IMG/VR virus record: IMGVR_UViG_3300029522_000074
Length of the DNA stretch: 64,000 nucleotides
DNA from: a virus
Lineage: Duplodnaviria; Heunggongvirae; Uroviricota; Caudoviricetes
Strand: one strand, 5' to 3'
In this document: positions 60,651 to 64,000 of the stretch, piece by piece
Numbering within the stretch: position 1 is the stretch's first letter
Layout of the letters: the number at the start of each line of letters is the position of its first letter
Position numbers and translations under genes: made by a program
Notes under the pieces: model-generated
The model's database searches: none
What the model was told of the DNA's origin: nothing
What the model saw: only the letters and a program-made list of their open reading frames with translations

Positions 60651-61169
60651 TTACACATACTCATTGTTATACCAAACAGCTCCTTTCGCATCTTCATATA
60701 ATCTAGCAATTTGTATACAATCTGAATTTCCATAACCTTTATTAAGTTCCTTACAAAACTCTTCATAAGATAACTCCGTTCTACAGTTATCATCAAAGTC
60801 ACTCTCAAACTCACAATAATCTTTATAGGCTTCTCTTCTGTTTCCTACTTTGATAAATGTTGACATATCCATATTTTCATTTATCTTATAAATAACAATC
60901 GAAGTTTCAACAACCTGTGAAAAATTATCTTTTATGAACTTCCTTATGTATTCTATTTCCTTATCATTTTTATATCTTGTGTCGTATCTAATATCATATG
61001 AATTAGTGTTTGAATATCCCTTCTCTTTTTCAGTAACATTGAATTTTATTATCTTGCCATTTCCATACTGAAAACACTTGCTTTCACTTATTTCCACTGT
61101 TCCTAACATAGTATATTTTTCATCATTGCAATCTTTTCCGCTAAATTCTAAATTATATTTCATAATCAT
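60651..61169 (-). CDS. hypothetical protein
   Basis: 172 aa ORF. Confidence 0.4.
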   Translation of the reverse strand: MIMKYNLEFSGKDCNDEKYTMLGTVEISESKCFQYGNGKIIKFNVTEKEKGYSNTNSYDIRYDTRYKNDKEIEYIRKFIKDNFSQVVETSIVIYKINENMDMSTFIKVGNRREAYKDYCEFESDFDDNCRTELSYEEFCKELNKGYGNSDCIQIARLYEDAKGAVWYNNEYV

Positions 61170-61175
61170 TCTCCT

Positions 61176-61652
61176 TCATTCTTTCTCACTTTCTATGCTG
61201 TTTGCACCATCAGAGAACCCATCATCATATCCCTTATTGTACATAGGATTCTCGAACTTTGTGTTTGCTATTGGACTATCTTCTTCAATACCGAACCACT
61301 CTTTCTCTTTATCTGTCATCTCACAACAATTTTCGAAAAATTCAAACGCATTTTCTCTATCATCAGAAATAAGTCCATCTTTAAAAAGTGTTGCAAGTTC
61401 TTCCAATCTTGTCCGTGAAATATAATTCTTATTTACTTTTTCAAACAGCTTTTCAGTTGCTTTATTAAGTGCAACTAATTTCTCTTTGTCGTTTGAAAAC
61501 ATGTAATACACACCATATTCCCACTGTCTACCCCATCTTTGGGATGAATCATAACCGCAAGCAACAATATAATTATCACTTGTTTCAATAAGAGAGAACT
61601 TTTTGCCTTTTGTGTTTGATACCACTAATATTTCTCTATGATTTTCTTTCAT
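61176..61652 (-). CDS. hypothetical protein downstream of the HicA-like gene
   Basis: 158 aa; not recognisably HicB. Confidence 0.4.
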   Translation of the reverse strand: MKENHREILVVSNTKGKKFSLIETSDNYIVACGYDSSQRWGRQWEYGVYYMFSNDKEKLVALNKATEKLFEKVNKNYISRTRLEELATLFKDGLISDDRENAFEFFENCCEMTDKEKEWFGIEEDSPIANTKFENPMYNKGYDDGFSDGANSIESEKE

Positions 61653-61653
61653 A

Positions 61654-61860
61654 TCACACCTCCAAGTTATACTCTTTAATTAATCTCTGTCTTACCATGT
61701 CGTTTAAATCTTTATTAACAGGCATTATCCTATGCGTATTTCTGTTGATATATACGAAATGACTTCCCTTGCACCTTGTCGGCGTATAACCGTTCTTCCG
61801 TAATATCATATCAAAGTCACGCATTCGCTTTGACTTTCTAAAATTGTGCATAAATCTCAC
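61654..61860 (-). CDS. HicA-like (YcfA family) small RNA-binding or mRNA-interferase-like protein
   Basis: GYTPTRCKGSHFVYINRNTHRIMPVNKDLNDMVRQRLIKEYNL resembles the HicA GSH...IP...core; 68 aa. Confidence 0.45.
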   Translation of the reverse strand: MRFMHNFRKSKRMRDFDMILRKNGYTPTRCKGSHFVYINRNTHRIMPVNKDLNDMVRQRLIKEYNLEV

Positions 61861-61916
61861 TCCTTTCTGTTACCCGTATAGCCTGATAGTGCAGCTTTAT
61901 ATGTATATGTTCTCTC

Positions 61917-62849
61917 TTATGCTGTTCTCTTCTTGATAAATATAACCTTTGTACCTTCAATCACTCTTGACTGTTCAAGTCCAAGTCCTTCTACAATCAT
62001 ATCCTCAACATAAAGAGATACCGCTGTTCTAAAATCTAAAATAGGATATTTTGCACAAGCATTTGCCTTTAAATTTTCTGGTGTAATTTTTCTAAACTCA
62101 TTTGATAAAAAACTCTTTGTTTCGCTTCTATCCTGTGCATATAACTTATACATATCTCTTAATGCACGAGTTATATAACTTACATATCCGCTATGTTTTC
62201 TATCAAATCCAGAATCTCTTATTATGTCATATACATATTCTGCACAAGCTCCATTGTCGATTGAACAGAGACTCAATGCTTCTGTATATGAACCAAGAAC
62301 TCCACTTCCTCTATTACCTGCATTTTCTCTATACTCAAAGCCATAGATATTTTTCATTTTTTCAAGTGTTTCCGTTGCTGGATCATGTAATACAAGCATT
62401 GCACCATGCTTCTGAATTGGCGTTACCTTTCTAACTGATACACCCTGAAATGCATATAATTCAGCTTCAAATGCAACTCTTTCAGAATCTTCCGTTGGTG
62501 CATTTAAAATTAGTTGCACCTTTAAATCCTTATATTTATCCTTATCTACAATCTGACTTGCAATCCATCTTCCATAACCATCAACTATATACACTTTGCC
62601 TTCTTCCCAATGTGGTACACCAAGTAAAGGCATGAGCTTTCTTTCATCCCAATTATTAGTTAGATATTTTAAATCCCTTTCCGTTCTTTCGTCTGTCTGA
62701 TACCGTGAATCAACTTCCATTAACTCAACAGGTATTCTAATAATTGCAATGTCTTCATGTATATCAGTGTATGCCTTTGTAAGACCTTCTAACTTGTCAA
62801 CACTTCCCTTTGACTTTCTTCCTGTTACTACTTCAAACATTTTGCACAT
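61917..62849 (-). CDS. ParB-like nuclease domain protein
   Basis: N-terminal VYIVDGYGRWIASQ resembles the ParB/Srx GxxRxxA box; 310 aa. Confidence 0.45.
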   Translation of the reverse strand: MCKMFEVVTGRKSKGSVDKLEGLTKAYTDIHEDIAIIRIPVELMEVDSRYQTDERTERDLKYLTNNWDERKLMPLLGVPHWEEGKVYIVDGYGRWIASQIVDKDKYKDLKVQLILNAPTEDSERVAFEAELYAFQGVSVRKVTPIQKHGAMLVLHDPATETLEKMKNIYGFEYRENAGNRGSGVLGSYTEALSLCSIDNGACAEYVYDIIRDSGFDRKHSGYVSYITRALRDMYKLYAQDRSETKSFLSNEFRKITPENLKANACAKYPILDFRTAVSLYVEDMIVEGLGLEQSRVIEGTKVIFIKKRTA

Positions 62850-63598
62850 AATTAACTACCTCTTTTCTTTTAATATTTTTGATATGTATTTTAAGTAAAA
62901 AATAACGGCTCGCTTTCGCTTGCCGTTTAGTTACTAGACTTTTCAAACACTCCTGACTTGAGCATATCTGTTTTCCAACACTCAAAATCTGGATATTCTG
63001 TTTTGTCTACCATATTTCTGTAGACTTCATGCATTTGCTTTTCTGTAAATGTTTTGCATTTAAGTGGTTCTTCATATGTGATATACATTACACTTCACCT
63101 CTTTCTTTTAGATAATTTCTGTATTCAACTTCGCTTTCAAACTGCTGATATTTGCATATACTTGGCACAAATCCCATATAAGCAAATCCGTTATAATATC
63201 CCTTCATGTATTATCCTCCTTGCAAAATTCTTTACCTTGTCAATGATTGTTGGCTCGACTGCCTTCTGCCATCTCTTTTGCCTTTCTGAAAAATATAGGC
63301 TGTTTTCTACATTGATATAATCCATCATCTGTAGTGGTGTTAATGAGTTGTATGGAGTTGATAGAGTACTATCTATTATTTCAGCTCCGTTTGCCTTAAT
63401 GATTCTAAAATTAAATGCTTCCATTTTTTATACCTCCTTTAATCTTGCATCACGCATAATCCGTGAGATTTCATTTTCCGTTTTTGCATTATGAATCTGT
63501 ATTATTACTTCATCCGAATAACATAAATCTCTTGCTGTTGTGATTGCCGTTCTCTTGTAATTGTAGGTTTCTTTTGACATAGTTATATTCTCCCTTCT

Positions 63599-63934
63599 TT
63601 ATCTTACAAAACCTGAATATTGAGCTTTGATAATTGTGTCGTCATAGATGATATCTGTATAATTGTCGTGCATTATTAATGAACAGATATCTCCCTTGAG
63701 CCAATCTTCTGTGTTATCTGTGAATGTCCAAAGGTTTCCGTTGAAATCCTTGGCTGTTATTTCATTTCCGTTTACACACTCAATCACTGTTGATAGTGGG
63801 TATGTGTGATTGTTGTAAGTTACCTTTTGAACTGCTCTACCTATAAATAAGGCAGAAATTGAGAGTGTTACTGTTAAGGTTGCCATGAGCAGTTTTCTCT
63901 TTTCCTGATGTGTAAATTTGATTTCTTTTCGCAT
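63599..63934 (-). CDS. secreted or membrane-anchored hypothetical protein
   Basis: N-terminal signal/TM LLMATLTVTLSISALFIG; 111 aa. Confidence 0.4.
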   Translation of the reverse strand: MRKEIKFTHQEKRKLLMATLTVTLSISALFIGRAVQKVTYNNHTYPLSTVIECVNGNEITAKDFNGNLWTFTDNTEDWLKGDICSLIMHDNYTDIIYDDTIIKAQYSGFVR

Positions 63935-64000
63935 TACTTTAGTTTCCTTTCTTATGATATGCTTTTTGGGTATAAAAATAGCACCCTTTGCGTTTTGCTT

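Noticed and set aside
61176-61652. Annotating 61176..61652 as the HicB antitoxin
   Set aside because: No RNase-H-like or HTH HicB features are recognisable; adjacency to the HicA-like gene alone is insufficient.
188-63320. Plus-strand ORFs from the six-frame track (188..559, 1537..1740, 5111..5332, 7914..8135, 13782..14177, 19378..19776, 25757..26119, 49297..49983, 61078..61425, 62102..62434 and others)
   Set aside because: Each lies antisense to a longer minus-strand ORF that has protein-like composition. The plus-strand translations are low-complexity (Ile/Leu/Phe/Ser-rich) as expected from reverse-complemented AT-rich coding sequence, and none has an RBS. Only 37002..37223 (+) has its own promoter, RBS and an HTH fold.
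1-64000. CRISPR array or large tandem repeats
   Set aside because: No series of regularly spaced direct repeats was seen. The only recurring elements are the palindromic site pairs and the two-copy 45-nt motif.
1-64000. Stop-codon reassignment (TAG or TGA recoding, as in some large gut phages)
   Set aside because: Recognisable enzymes (NadE, PncA, PncB, AdSS-like, integrases, methyltransferases) read through at expected lengths with the standard code and ORFs abut cleanly, so there is no evidence for recoding in this region.

Overview
This window reads as the early or accessory region of a large virulent-type phage that probably infects a Gram-positive host. It is AT-rich (about 30% GC), almost every credible gene lies on the minus strand, and genes are packed with frequent ATGA-type start/stop overlaps. 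Most are small proteins of unknown function, many with zinc-ribbon CxxC pairs. No capsid, tail, terminase or replication genes are visible.

Recognisable content:
- A complete NAD+ salvage pathway running from nicotinamide (PncA, PncB, NadD-like, NadE), with a macro-domain protein and an HD-like protein close by.
- A DUF2829 protein similar to the Tad2 Thoeris anti-defence protein.
- A short adenylosuccinate-synthetase homolog (PurA/PurZ family) next to a VWA protein.
- An RNA-repair module (P-loop kinase fused to an HD phosphatase, an RNA ligase, and an HNH endonuclease).
- A cytosine-C5 DNA methyltransferase whose motif order is circularly permuted, and an NPPY-motif amino-methyltransferase.
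- Two DUF262 (ParB/GmrSD-type) proteins and a ParB-like protein.
- A sigma-70-family factor, and a MazF/EndoA-type toxin divergent from an XRE helix-turn-helix gene, both with textbook sigma-70 promoters.
- Two tyrosine recombinases, a RadC-like JAB protein, SPFH and LemA membrane proteins, and a HicA-like protein.
- tRNA-Lys(UUU) and tRNA-Gln(UUG), plus a tRNA-like element that will not fold as a canonical cloverleaf.

Non-coding signals include three intergenic loci carrying paired ACTATATATAGT-type palindromes about 31 bp apart, a repeated ~45-nt intergenic motif, and a plus-strand candidate small RNA with a strong promoter and terminator inside the minus-strand block.

The feature list covers every ORF with a recognisable family and all unassigned ORFs of 100 aa or more; many shorter minus-strand ORFs are probably real but are not listed one by one. 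All family assignments come from motifs read by eye, with no database search.
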